A stretch of 64,000 nt of DNA from Bacteroidales bacterium (GCA_046704385.1 JBJKSB010000021.1:17269-81268); one strand, 5' to 3'; counted from the first letter of the stretch, positions 31,415 to 39,637 are shown. Notes: a model not told the origin generated them from the sequence alone. Made by a program: numbers and translations.

Positions 31415-32239
31415 TTAAACTTTCTCTTTAATCTCTTTCACATCACCTTTCAGTTCGTTTAGCGATGCCATAATATCGTAATATTCAGGAGTGGTTTCTG
31501 GTAATTCAAAATTCAGAAACAGTGCGAATTTCCATATTTCGCGCACTTCGGTAAGAGGAACAGCATAAGGTTTATATTGCCGGTTCAGCGATTTCAGGGT
31601 AAGTTCGCCGGTTTCTTTATTAATATCATCAATTATTTTAAAAACAATACCCTCGTCAAGGGTAAGCACAATGTAGGCTTTGCCGGTTGCAATGCTGAAA
31701 AAATCCTGCACATATTCACCTATAATAATAGCCCCTTCGGGAATGGGAAGCATTGAATCGCCTTCGATGGGGAAGGCCCGGTATTTTTTACTTTTTGATA
31801 AAAAAGGCAATTGCATTACCGGCAGGCTGGCAATGTATTCCGGGTCGGCATAGCTGTTGGTATAGCCGGCTTTGGCTTTTTCCGAAACCAGTTCAACGGT
31901 GTCCTCGTTGTCGGTGGTTACCGAGGCCGCCAATACCCGCAATTGCGTACCGCGGATAAAAACATCGGCACCATTTTCCAGGGCATACAACTGACTTTCC
32001 GAAAGTTTTTCAATATCTATATTTATCAGGGTGTCAATGGCAAAATTGAAATATTTCGAAAAAGCTTGCAACTGCTCAATCGAGGGCCGGCTGATGCGGT
32101 TTTCCAGCGAGTTTATGGTAGTGCGTTTTAACCGCAACGCAATGGCTACTTCTTCCTGTGTTCGCTTGCGTCTCTTTCTCAATAACTTAATATTCGAACT
32201 AAAAAAATCCATAAAAAATCCTCCTGATATTTTTTCCAA
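31415..32239 (-). CDS. non-canonical LexA-like repressor (XRE-type HTH + S24 peptidase)
   Basis: 274 aa. N-terminal HTH 'RTQEEVAIALRLKRTTINSLENRISRPS'. Candidate Ala-Gly cleavage site 'KAKAGY'. S24 catalytic 'GDSM' and downstream Lys ('GIVFKII'). Divergent from polymerase genes. Confidence 0.8.
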   Translation of the reverse strand: MEKISGGFFMDFFSSNIKLLRKRRKRTQEEVAIALRLKRTTINSLENRISRPSIEQLQAFSKYFNFAIDTLINIDIEKLSESQLYALENGADVFIRGTQLRVLAASVTTDNEDTVELVSEKAKAGYTNSYADPEYIASLPVMQLPFLSKSKKYRAFPIEGDSMLPIPEGAIIIGEYVQDFFSIATGKAYIVLTLDEGIVFKIIDDINKETGELTLKSLNRQYKPYAVPLTEVREIWKFALFLNFELPETTPEYYDIMASLNELKGDVKEIKEKV

Positions 32240-32263
32240 ATATACAAAATAATGATTAAATTA

Positions 32264-32292
32264 TTATCACAAAAATGATAAAAATATTATCA
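32264..32292. promoter_or_regulatory. candidate operator: overlapping TTATCA/TGATAA palindromes
   Basis: TTATCA-caaaaa-TGATAA-aaata-TTATCA, 25-53 bp upstream of the LexA-like start codon in the divergent promoter region. Confidence 0.4.
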
Positions 32293-32617
32293 AATAGAGA
32301 AATCAGATTTTGAGATTTAAGACATAAGACTATTAGAAACAAATTTTGAAACTAAACTAAAAAGGAATGAAGTGTAGAGATATAAGGGCAATAAAAGTTG
32401 TAATTGTATCCTCCTTTAGTGCAAAGCACTAAAAAAGGTGCAAGCACCGGTGTTAATTGAAATGGTAAAGTTACATGCACTTTGCCTACTGCAGGCGGTG
32501 CATTGGGAAAAAGTCCTCCCTCATAGAGGTGGTCGAATACCGGAGGGTGAATAAGTAAATATTAGATTTGAAAAAGTATCGTCTGAGAGGCGGTGGTACA
32601 TGGGGAACTACTAAAAA

Positions 32618-33757
32618 ATGGAACGAAGTATTGTGCATTTGGATTTGGATACATTTTTTGTATCGGTGGAAAGGCTTATCAACTCAAGCCTTATGGGGAA
32701 GCCCGTAGTTATCGGGGGTACTTCAGACAGGGGGGTGGTGGCCAGTTGCAGTTACGAAGCACGGAGATTCGGGGTATCGTCGGCCATGCCCATGAAAATG
32801 GCCCGGTACTTATGTCCCGAGGCCATTGTGGTGCGCGGCGACATGGATTTGTACACCCACTATTCCGACCTGGTAACCGAAGTGATTGACAGCGCGGCTC
32901 CGGTGTACGAAAAAGCGTCTATTGATGAGCATTACCTCGATATTTCCGGGATGGACCGCTTTTTTGGATGCTACAAGTGGACACATGAACTGCGCGGACA
33001 TATTATCCGCGAAACCGGTCTGCCCATTTCATTTGGATTGTCGGTAAACAAAACCGTATCGAAAATTGCCACGGGCGAGGCCAAGCCCAATGGCGAAATC
33101 CAGGTGCAGGAATCGCTGGTGAGGCCTTTTTTATCGCCATTGAGCATTAAAAAAATGCCGGGCATTGGCGATAAAACCTATCGTTCGCTCCGCACTATGG
33201 GTATCGATACCATCGGAACTCTGAGCATGATCCCGCCCGAGGTAATGTTGCGGGTAATGGGCAAAAATGGCAGCGAAATATGGAAAAAGGCCAATGGTAT
33301 CGATCTTACCCCGGTTAAGCAGTATTCAACACGCAAGTCGATCAGCACCGAGCGTACTTTTGAAAACGATGTAATTGATATGGATTACCTGAACCGGAAA
33401 CTGATTTCGATGGTGGAGAAGCTGGGTTACGAGCTGCGCAGCAAACAGCGGCTTACCTCGTGTATAACTGTTAAAATTCGTTATGCCAATTTTGATACGC
33501 ATACACAGCAAAAGCGTGTTCCTTACACCAGTTTCGATCATCATATTATTGAGGTGGTGCAGGAATTATTTAAAAAAGTATACAACCGGCGGATGCGCCT
33601 GCGCCTGATAGGGGTAAAGTTCAGCCATTTAATCCAGGGTACCCAGCAACTTGATTTGTTCGACCCTACACCTAAAATGGTAAACCTTTACCAGGCATGC
33701 GACCGCATGCGCGACCGCTATGGTTTTGATGCCGTGAAACGCAGCATTGCCCTATAA
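32618..33757 (+). CDS. dinB: Y-family DNA polymerase (DinB/Pol IV-like, catalytic residues intact)
   Basis: 379 aa. 'HLDLDTFFVSVE' carries the two catalytic Asp residues and 'SIDEHYLDIS' the Asp-Glu pair. 'SFGLSVNKTVSKIA' is also present. Confidence 0.85.
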   Translation: MERSIVHLDLDTFFVSVERLINSSLMGKPVVIGGTSDRGVVASCSYEARRFGVSSAMPMKMARYLCPEAIVVRGDMDLYTHYSDLVTEVIDSAAPVYEKASIDEHYLDISGMDRFFGCYKWTHELRGHIIRETGLPISFGLSVNKTVSKIATGEAKPNGEIQVQESLVRPFLSPLSIKKMPGIGDKTYRSLRTMGIDTIGTLSMIPPEVMLRVMGKNGSEIWKKANGIDLTPVKQYSTRKSISTERTFENDVIDMDYLNRKLISMVEKLGYELRSKQRLTSCITVKIRYANFDTHTQQKRVPYTSFDHHIIEVVQELFKKVYNRRMRLRLIGVKFSHLIQGTQQLDLFDPTPKMVNLYQACDRMRDRYGFDAVKRSIAL

Positions 33758-33816
33758 GGAACGCCGACCTCCCGGTCGGTAAACAATTTACCAAACCGAC
33801 CAGAGGTAGGCGTTCC
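33758..33816 (+). promoter_or_regulatory. long intercistronic hairpin without a U-tract
   Basis: GGAACGCCGACCTCCCGGTCGGT-aaacaatttaccaa-ACCGACCAGAGGTAGGCGTTCC, about 21 of 23 positions paired. Starts at the base after the dinB stop. Confidence 0.6.
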
Positions 33817-33831
33817 AGGGCTGAAAACACC

Positions 33832-33870
33832 AACTTTAGCTCACTTTAGTTCACTTTAGTCACTTTTAAC
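33832..33870 (+). repeat. tandem 10-mers directly upstream of dnaE2
   Basis: aACTTTAGC TCACTTTAGT TCACTTTAGT CACTTTTAAC. The two central copies are identical. The array ends 5 nt before the dnaE2 ATG. Confidence 0.8.
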
Positions 33871-33874
33871 TTTT

Positions 33875-36862
33875 ATGTACATAAACTGCCACACATATTA
33901 CAGCTTACGTTACGGCACCCTGTCGGTTGAGGAACTGGTGGAACAGGCCAAACAATTGAATATTCAGCGCCTGGCACTAACCGATATTAACAGCTCACAG
34001 GGTATCATGGATTTTATTAAGGAATGTAACGAAAATGATATTCAGCCGGTTGCCGGCATCGAATTCCGTAAGGACGGCCGCTGTCTGTATATCGGCATCG
34101 CCAAAAATAATAAAGGCTTTGCCGAATTAAACCGGTTTTTAACCCGTCATAACCTGGATAAAACACCATTGCCTGAAGTGGCTCCGGATTTTAAGCAGGT
34201 TTATGTAATTTACCCTTATGGGATGCGCACCCGTCAGCAATTAAAGCCGCACGAATTTATCGGTGTGAAACCTTATAATGTATCGCGCCTAATTACTTCG
34301 GAGTTTAAAAACAATCAGGATAAACTAATAGTGCATTACCCGGTTACCCTTAAAAACCTTTCCGATTATGAGGTGCACCAATGCCTGCGGGCAGTTGATG
34401 AAAATGTGCTGATTTCGCAGATTGACGAAACCGCTATGGCCCTGCCCGATGAGCGACTTATTGACACCGCCGTGCTTGAAAAATATTACCGGTTTTACCC
34501 GCAAATAATTGAAAATACCAGGAATTTGCTGGCCGATTGTAGTGTGGGCTTCGATTTTAAAGCACCCAAAAACAAAAAGCTGTACACCGATAGTCGGGCC
34601 GGAGATCAGGCTTTACTACAAAAACTGGCAATTGAAGGCATGGTGTACCGCTACGGACGCGAAAACCGCGTTGCCCGCGAGCGGTTGGCCCACGAGCTTA
34701 AAGTAATTGATGATCTGGGTTTTTCAGCGTATTTTCTGATTGCCTGGGATATTATCAGTTATACAATGAGCCAGGGTATTTACCATGTGGGGCGAGGCAG
34801 CGGAGCCAACAGCATTGTGGCTTATTGTCTGAAAATTACCGATGTCAATCCGATTGAGCTAGACTTGTATTTTGAACGCTTCATCAATCCCAGGCGTACC
34901 AGTCCGCCCGATTTTGATATAGACTTTTCATGGAAAGACCGTGATCGGGTACATCATTATATTTTTGAGCGCTTTGGTTACGAACATGTAGCTTTGCTCG
35001 GAGCTACCGTAACCTTTAAGGACAAGGCTATTTTACGTGAGTTAGGCAAAGTGTATGGCTTGCCAAAGGCCGAGATTGACAGCCTGGTTGAAAATCCCAA
35101 TAAGGTGCTCGACGGAGATTCCATTTCGAACCAGATTCTGGCCATGGGCAAACGGATCATGGATTTTCCGAATATTCGGTCGATTCATGCCGGGGGGGTA
35201 ATTATATCCGAAAAGCCTTTGACCGATTATGTGGCACTGGATATGCCTCCCAAGGGTTTTCAAACCACCCAGTGGGACATGTATGTGGCCGAGATGATCA
35301 ATTTCGAAAAGCTCGATATTTTAAGTCAGCGGGGTATCGGTCACATCCAGGAATGTGCTGAAATTGTAAAGGAGAACAGGGACGAAATAATTGATGTACA
35401 CCGGGTTGAGGAGTTTAAAAAGGATCACAAGGTGAATACCCGCCTGCATAATGGCGATGCCATTGGTTGTTTTTATGTGGAGTCGCCGGCCATGCGGGGC
35501 TTGCTGAAAAAGCTGAAATGCAACGATTACCTGCGCCTGGTGGCAGCCAGTTCCATTATCAGACCTGGAGTGGCTAAGTCGGGTATGATGAAGGAATACA
35601 TCAGACGTTTTCACGATCCCGGCGGGTTTCAATACCTGCACCCCATATTTAAACAACAACTGGGCGAAACCTACGGGGTGATGGTTTACCAGGAGGATGT
35701 GATCAAGATTTGCCATCATTTTGCCGGGCTCGATTTAAGTGATGCCGATATTTTACGCCGTGCCATGAGTGGCAAGTATCGTTCAAAAAGAGAATTCGAA
35801 CGCATACAAAATACTTTTTTTACCAACTGCAAGCAGCGGGGTTACCCCGATGAACTTACCATTGAGGTTTGGAGGCAGATTTCGTCGTTTGCCGGATATG
35901 CTTTTTCAAAGGCACACTCGGCTTCGTATGCGGTGGAGAGTTACCAGAGCCTGTACCTGAAGACTTATTACCCACAGGAGTTTATGGTGGCCGTAATCAA
36001 CAACTTTGGTGGTTTTTACCACACCTGGGTGTATGTTAATGAGGCCAAAAAATGTGGAGCCAAAATTGAATTGCCCTGCGTAAACCACAGCCGGTACAAA
36101 ACCAGTATCAGGGGCAGTGCTGTTTACCTGGGGTTTATTCATTTAAAAAGCCTTGAATCGAAACTGGCACAGCGGATTATTAGCGAGCGCGAAAATTATG
36201 GTGAGTTCGTCGATTTTGTTGATTTTGCCGACAGGGTAAAGCCAGGCATCGAACAGTTTAAAATACTTATTCGTTGCGGAGCTCTCAGGTTTACGGGTAA
36301 AAGCAAGAGCGTGCTGTTGTGGGAAGCGCATATGTATTTAAATAAAACTGTGGCTGAGCCTGAAATGCGTAGCTTGTTTACTCCGCAACCTAAAAAGTTT
36401 GAATTACCGCAATTAACGCAGACACAAATTGAGGATGCCTACGATGAGTTTGAACTGCTGGGTTTTCCGGTTAGCCTTTCGCGCATCGATTTGCTGGAAA
36501 CACAGTACCGGGGTAATACACAGGCTGATGAGCTTAAAAATAAAGTGGGTAAGCGGGTACGTATGGTTGGCGATTTGGTGGTAGTAAAATATGTGCATAC
36601 CGTAACCAAACAATGGATGCATTTTGGTTGTTTCCTGGATCAGGAAGGGAATTTTTTTGATACGGTGAATTTTCCCAATACTTTGGCAAAGTATCCGTTT
36701 ACCGGTTACGGGGTTTACCTGATTGAAGGCATTGTGGTGCAGGAATTCGGGTTTCCAAGTATCGAAGTGGAAAAGATGGCCCGCCTGCCCTACAAACCCG
36801 ACCCTCGTTTTGCTGAAGCCCGTAAGTTTGGTGCCGGCAAAAAAATGGGTCGTTTTGCTTAG
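33875..36862 (+). CDS. dnaE2: error-prone DnaE2-type DNA polymerase III alpha subunit
   Basis: 995 aa. N-terminal PHP 'NCHTYYSLRYG', palm 'PDFDIDFS', 'HAGGVII', 'SIIRPG' and 'FSKAHSASYA'. Shorter than replicative DnaE and sits in a damage cassette. Confidence 0.85.
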   Translation: MYINCHTYYSLRYGTLSVEELVEQAKQLNIQRLALTDINSSQGIMDFIKECNENDIQPVAGIEFRKDGRCLYIGIAKNNKGFAELNRFLTRHNLDKTPLPEVAPDFKQVYVIYPYGMRTRQQLKPHEFIGVKPYNVSRLITSEFKNNQDKLIVHYPVTLKNLSDYEVHQCLRAVDENVLISQIDETAMALPDERLIDTAVLEKYYRFYPQIIENTRNLLADCSVGFDFKAPKNKKLYTDSRAGDQALLQKLAIEGMVYRYGRENRVARERLAHELKVIDDLGFSAYFLIAWDIISYTMSQGIYHVGRGSGANSIVAYCLKITDVNPIELDLYFERFINPRRTSPPDFDIDFSWKDRDRVHHYIFERFGYEHVALLGATVTFKDKAILRELGKVYGLPKAEIDSLVENPNKVLDGDSISNQILAMGKRIMDFPNIRSIHAGGVIISEKPLTDYVALDMPPKGFQTTQWDMYVAEMINFEKLDILSQRGIGHIQECAEIVKENRDEIIDVHRVEEFKKDHKVNTRLHNGDAIGCFYVESPAMRGLLKKLKCNDYLRLVAASSIIRPGVAKSGMMKEYIRRFHDPGGFQYLHPIFKQQLGETYGVMVYQEDVIKICHHFAGLDLSDADILRRAMSGKYRSKREFERIQNTFFTNCKQRGYPDELTIEVWRQISSFAGYAFSKAHSASYAVESYQSLYLKTYYPQEFMVAVINNFGGFYHTWVYVNEAKKCGAKIELPCVNHSRYKTSIRGSAVYLGFIHLKSLESKLAQRIISERENYGEFVDFVDFADRVKPGIEQFKILIRCGALRFTGKSKSVLLWEAHMYLNKTVAEPEMRSLFTPQPKKFELPQLTQTQIEDAYDEFELLGFPVSLSRIDLLETQYRGNTQADELKNKVGKRVRMVGDLVVVKYVHTVTKQWMHFGCFLDQEGNFFDTVNFPNTLAKYPFTGYGVYLIEGIVVQEFGFPSIEVEKMARLPYKPDPRFAEARKFGAGKKMGRFA

Positions 36863-36864
36863 TT

Positions 36865-36964
36865 TGGTTTCTCGCAGATTCACGCTGATTAAAACGCAGA
36901 GTCTCGCAGAAGTGGAAAATTTCAGCGTAAATTAGCGAAAACCTCTGCGAAACTCAGCGAGAAA
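36865..36964 (+). repeat. copy 1 of a ~100-bp structured repeat (CGCAGA-rich)
   Basis: tggtttctcgcagattcacgctgattaaaacgcagagtctcgcagaag...cctctgcgaaactcagcgagaaaa. Starts 3 nt after the dnaE2 stop. Termini TTTCTCGC/GCGAGAAA are inverted. A partial third copy follows at about 36975-37010. Confidence 0.85.
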
Positions 36965-37159
36965 ATAGTGTTTATTTCTTGCAGATTTATGCACAGAGTT
37001 TCGCAGAGTAATTTGCGTAAGCTGGTATCATCGAAAAAAAGAGGTGCTGGTTCTAACGGATTAGAGGACAAATTTTCGAGAAATAATGAGGTTTGGTTTA
37101 AATTAGCTATTCTAAAAGTGTATTTCAACCAGAAAAATTACTTAAAAACCCAATAAAAT

Positions 37160-37537
37160 ATGATTGTAAATGATATTTCCTATGATGTACGAGGAGCAGC
37201 CTTTAAAGTGCATAGTGAACTAGGCCCTGGCTTGCTTGAAAGCGTGTACGAAACGGCTCTTGCGTATGAATTAGAACAAATGGGGTATGATGTCAAAAGA
37301 CAAATGGGAATACCCATGAATTATAAACATATAGAATTTGATATTGGTTTTCGACTTGATATCATAGTAAATGATTCGGTTATTGTTGAAATTAAGTCTG
37401 TTGAGAATTTGCTGGATGTTCATCATAAACAATTACTTACTTATTTAAAACTGACAAACAAAAGGCTTGGGTTGTTAATTAACTTTAATTCTTCAAGTTT
37501 AAAAAATTCAATAACAAGGATTGTGAATGGCTTATGA
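37160..37537 (+). CDS. GxxExxY family protein (PD-(D/E)XK-like fold)
   Basis: 125 aa. Signature 'GPGLLESVYETAL' (G-x-x-E-x-x-Y) and 'DIIVNDSVIVEIK'. Confidence 0.85.
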   Translation: MIVNDISYDVRGAAFKVHSELGPGLLESVYETALAYELEQMGYDVKRQMGIPMNYKHIEFDIGFRLDIIVNDSVIVEIKSVENLLDVHHKQLLTYLKLTNKRLGLLINFNSSSLKNSITRIVNGL

Positions 37538-37543
37538 AAATTA

Positions 37544-37644
37544 TGGTTTCTCGCAGATTTACGCAGATTAATACGCAGAGTCTCGTAGAATAAAAAATAT
37601 CAGCGTAAATTAACGAAAACCTCTGCGTAACTCAGCGAGAAAAA
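37544..37644 (+). repeat. copy 2 of the ~100-bp structured repeat
   Basis: tggtttctcgcagatttacgcagattaatacgcagagtctcgtagaat...cctctgcgtaactcagcgagaaaaa. Roughly 85-90% identical to copy 1 by eye. Starts 7 nt after the GxxExxY stop. Confidence 0.85.
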
Positions 37645-37658
37645 AATATTGAATTAAT

Positions 37659-38453
37659 ATGTGTTACTGGGTTGGAACAAGGAAAGTACGGGAAATAATG
37701 TTGAAGCAGCTTCAGCAGGATCCCGAGGATGAAATTTCAAGGTTGTTTTACCGGTCATTTATTGAGCCGCCACAGCCTGAAAATGCACTGCAGCTTATGG
37801 AACATCCTGTGGCCATTGGCAAGGCTGAACCAGTTTTGACCACCATGGTAAAAGATAAAGGTGAGCTCCAATTCCGGAATATGAGATGGACTTTACAATG
37901 GAATTACTGGGACAGCAAAACAAAAGCTGAAAAACCCGGACGCCCATTGTTAAATTCAATATGCGAGAATGTTTTCTGGCAACATAAAGACCTGATTTAT
38001 ACCAAGCGATGCCTTATCCCGGTTGATGGCTATTGGGAATTTTACCATTTTAAGGGGAAAACTTACCCGATTTTTATTTATCCGGCTGACGAAAAACTTT
38101 TTTACCTGGCTGGTATTTACAACGAACTGGCCGATAAAAATAACGGAGAGATTATTGATACCTTTTCCATCATAACCACGCCGCCAAATTCTATTACAGC
38201 TATGCTGCATAATAACCCGTCAGCCCATGACGAACCACGCATGCTGTGCATTGTTGATGAAAAGCTTTGTAAGGAATATTTAAATGAAGACCTAAAAACG
38301 GAGGATATAAAACGACTGTTTTTTAAACCCCTTGAGACTGAGAGAATGAAATATCACACAACCGTCCGCTTCCTGAAAAAGGAAAATGCCGGATATTTAA
38401 GTTCGGAAAAGGTGCAGGAGAGATTTGAGTACGAAGAAGTGAAAAACCTTTGA
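37659..38453 (+). CDS. SOS response-associated peptidase (SRAP/YedK-HMCES family)
   Basis: 264 aa beginning 'MC' (catalytic Cys2). 'RCLIPVDGYWEFY', 'FYLAGIY', 'FSIITTPPN' and 'PRMLCIV' follow the SRAP pattern. Confidence 0.75.
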   Translation: MCYWVGTRKVREIMLKQLQQDPEDEISRLFYRSFIEPPQPENALQLMEHPVAIGKAEPVLTTMVKDKGELQFRNMRWTLQWNYWDSKTKAEKPGRPLLNSICENVFWQHKDLIYTKRCLIPVDGYWEFYHFKGKTYPIFIYPADEKLFYLAGIYNELADKNNGEIIDTFSIITTPPNSITAMLHNNPSAHDEPRMLCIVDEKLCKEYLNEDLKTEDIKRLFFKPLETERMKYHTTVRFLKKENAGYLSSEKVQERFEYEEVKNL

Positions 38454-38455
38454 CT

Positions 38456-39619
38456 TTAATCAGCGAATATATTTTTCAAATAATCTCTTTGATAATATTG
38501 TTTTTGAAACCACAGTTCAAAAGCCGGATCTAAAAACTCATACTTTATCTCGGTTTCGTGTATCAAATCGTTATTTAACAAGGTAGTTTTGTTTTTTATA
38601 ACATTTCGGGGAGTGCCTAAATTGTATTTTTGCATTACAGAATTGCTGGTCAACTTTTGTTCGCCATTAGTAATGGCTTTAAGCAAGTTTAATTGTGTTA
38701 TGCTTAAGCTTTCAACCTCTTTTTGATACAAAGGCATGTTTGCATTTATTAGTTCAAGAAGTGCAGATTCAATTTCTTGCTTTGTGGCAGTATCTTCTGT
38801 TAGTTGCCATATATAATGTGATAATTGTTGAACGTACCATGAATGATTTTTCATCAGATTCACAATAGTCATTGCATTATTCTTTGATATTTTTTTTCCT
38901 GTGTTTTTAAAGCCATTTTCAATAAAAACAACCCAGCTTTCAGTTTTTATTTTTGGCAAAAGTATAATATCACCAAATTTATAAAATGGTTTTGATGAAT
39001 TGGTAAAAATATCAGCCATCATATGGCGCTTGCTTCCAAACAGGCAATAGGTTACATGTTTTTGTCTTTGCCAGATAGATCGCATAATCTTTTCGAGGTT
39101 GGTATATTCAGGAAAATTTGCCAGGTTCTGAAACTCATCCAAACAAATAATAAAATTTTGGTTTTGTTTTTCTCCTATTAGTTCTGGCAAGTTTAGTATT
39201 TCATCTTTGTATTTTGTAACCTCACCCCAGTCAAAACTTAAAGAAAAGTCGGTGTCGGGGTTTACACCCACGCTTAATTTTGGGATTAATTGTTTAAAAA
39301 AGTTTTTACCAGCGCTTAACCAATCCTGCCATTTCGATGATGAAGCTTTTATTACTTCGCGGGCAAAAATCTCTAAAAATTCCTGTTCAGTTGATGAGGC
39401 AAACAAATCAATTAGTACAGTTTTATTAGTAGGTTTATTTTTTTTTATATCATTTATGACTTTTTCTACCAGGCTCGATTTTCCCCAGCGTCTGGGTGAA
39501 ATTATTGTGGTGTTGATTCCCTGAGTTAAATTATCAAAGAGTTTTTGTGACTCACTTTTACGATTTGTAAACGATTTGCTGCTTACTGTGGTTCCGTAAA
39601 TAAAGGGTGAATCTTTCAT
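38456..39619 (-). CDS. archaeal-type (PF01637-like) AAA ATPase
   Basis: 387 aa. Walker A 'SPRRWGKSSL' and Walker B 'FIICLDEFQ'. The C-terminal alpha-helical part may be a winged helix. Confidence 0.7.
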   Translation of the reverse strand: MKDSPFIYGTTVSSKSFTNRKSESQKLFDNLTQGINTTIISPRRWGKSSLVEKVINDIKKNKPTNKTVLIDLFASSTEQEFLEIFAREVIKASSSKWQDWLSAGKNFFKQLIPKLSVGVNPDTDFSLSFDWGEVTKYKDEILNLPELIGEKQNQNFIICLDEFQNLANFPEYTNLEKIMRSIWQRQKHVTYCLFGSKRHMMADIFTNSSKPFYKFGDIILLPKIKTESWVVFIENGFKNTGKKISKNNAMTIVNLMKNHSWYVQQLSHYIWQLTEDTATKQEIESALLELINANMPLYQKEVESLSITQLNLLKAITNGEQKLTSNSVMQKYNLGTPRNVIKNKTTLLNNDLIHETEIKYEFLDPAFELWFQKQYYQRDYLKNIFAD

Positions 39620-39637
39620 AACACAAAGATTTTAATT

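Noticed and set aside
32618-33757. Calling the Y-family gene imuB because it precedes dnaE2.
   Set aside because: It retains the catalytic Asp/Asp and Asp-Glu motifs that ImuB proteins typically lack. It is called DinB-like instead, pending phylogeny.
33832-33870. Tandem 10-mers considered as a possible mini CRISPR or satellite.
   Set aside because: There are only four adjoining short units without spacers. This is not CRISPR architecture, so it is reported as a regulatory-type repeat instead.
32593-36935. Many overlapping ORFs on both strands within dinB and dnaE2 (e.g. 32593-32889, 35321-35719, 36413-36883, 36723-36935).
   Set aside because: They are by-products of the locally higher GC content (fewer stop codons). 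None has motifs, and all overlap strongly supported polymerase genes.
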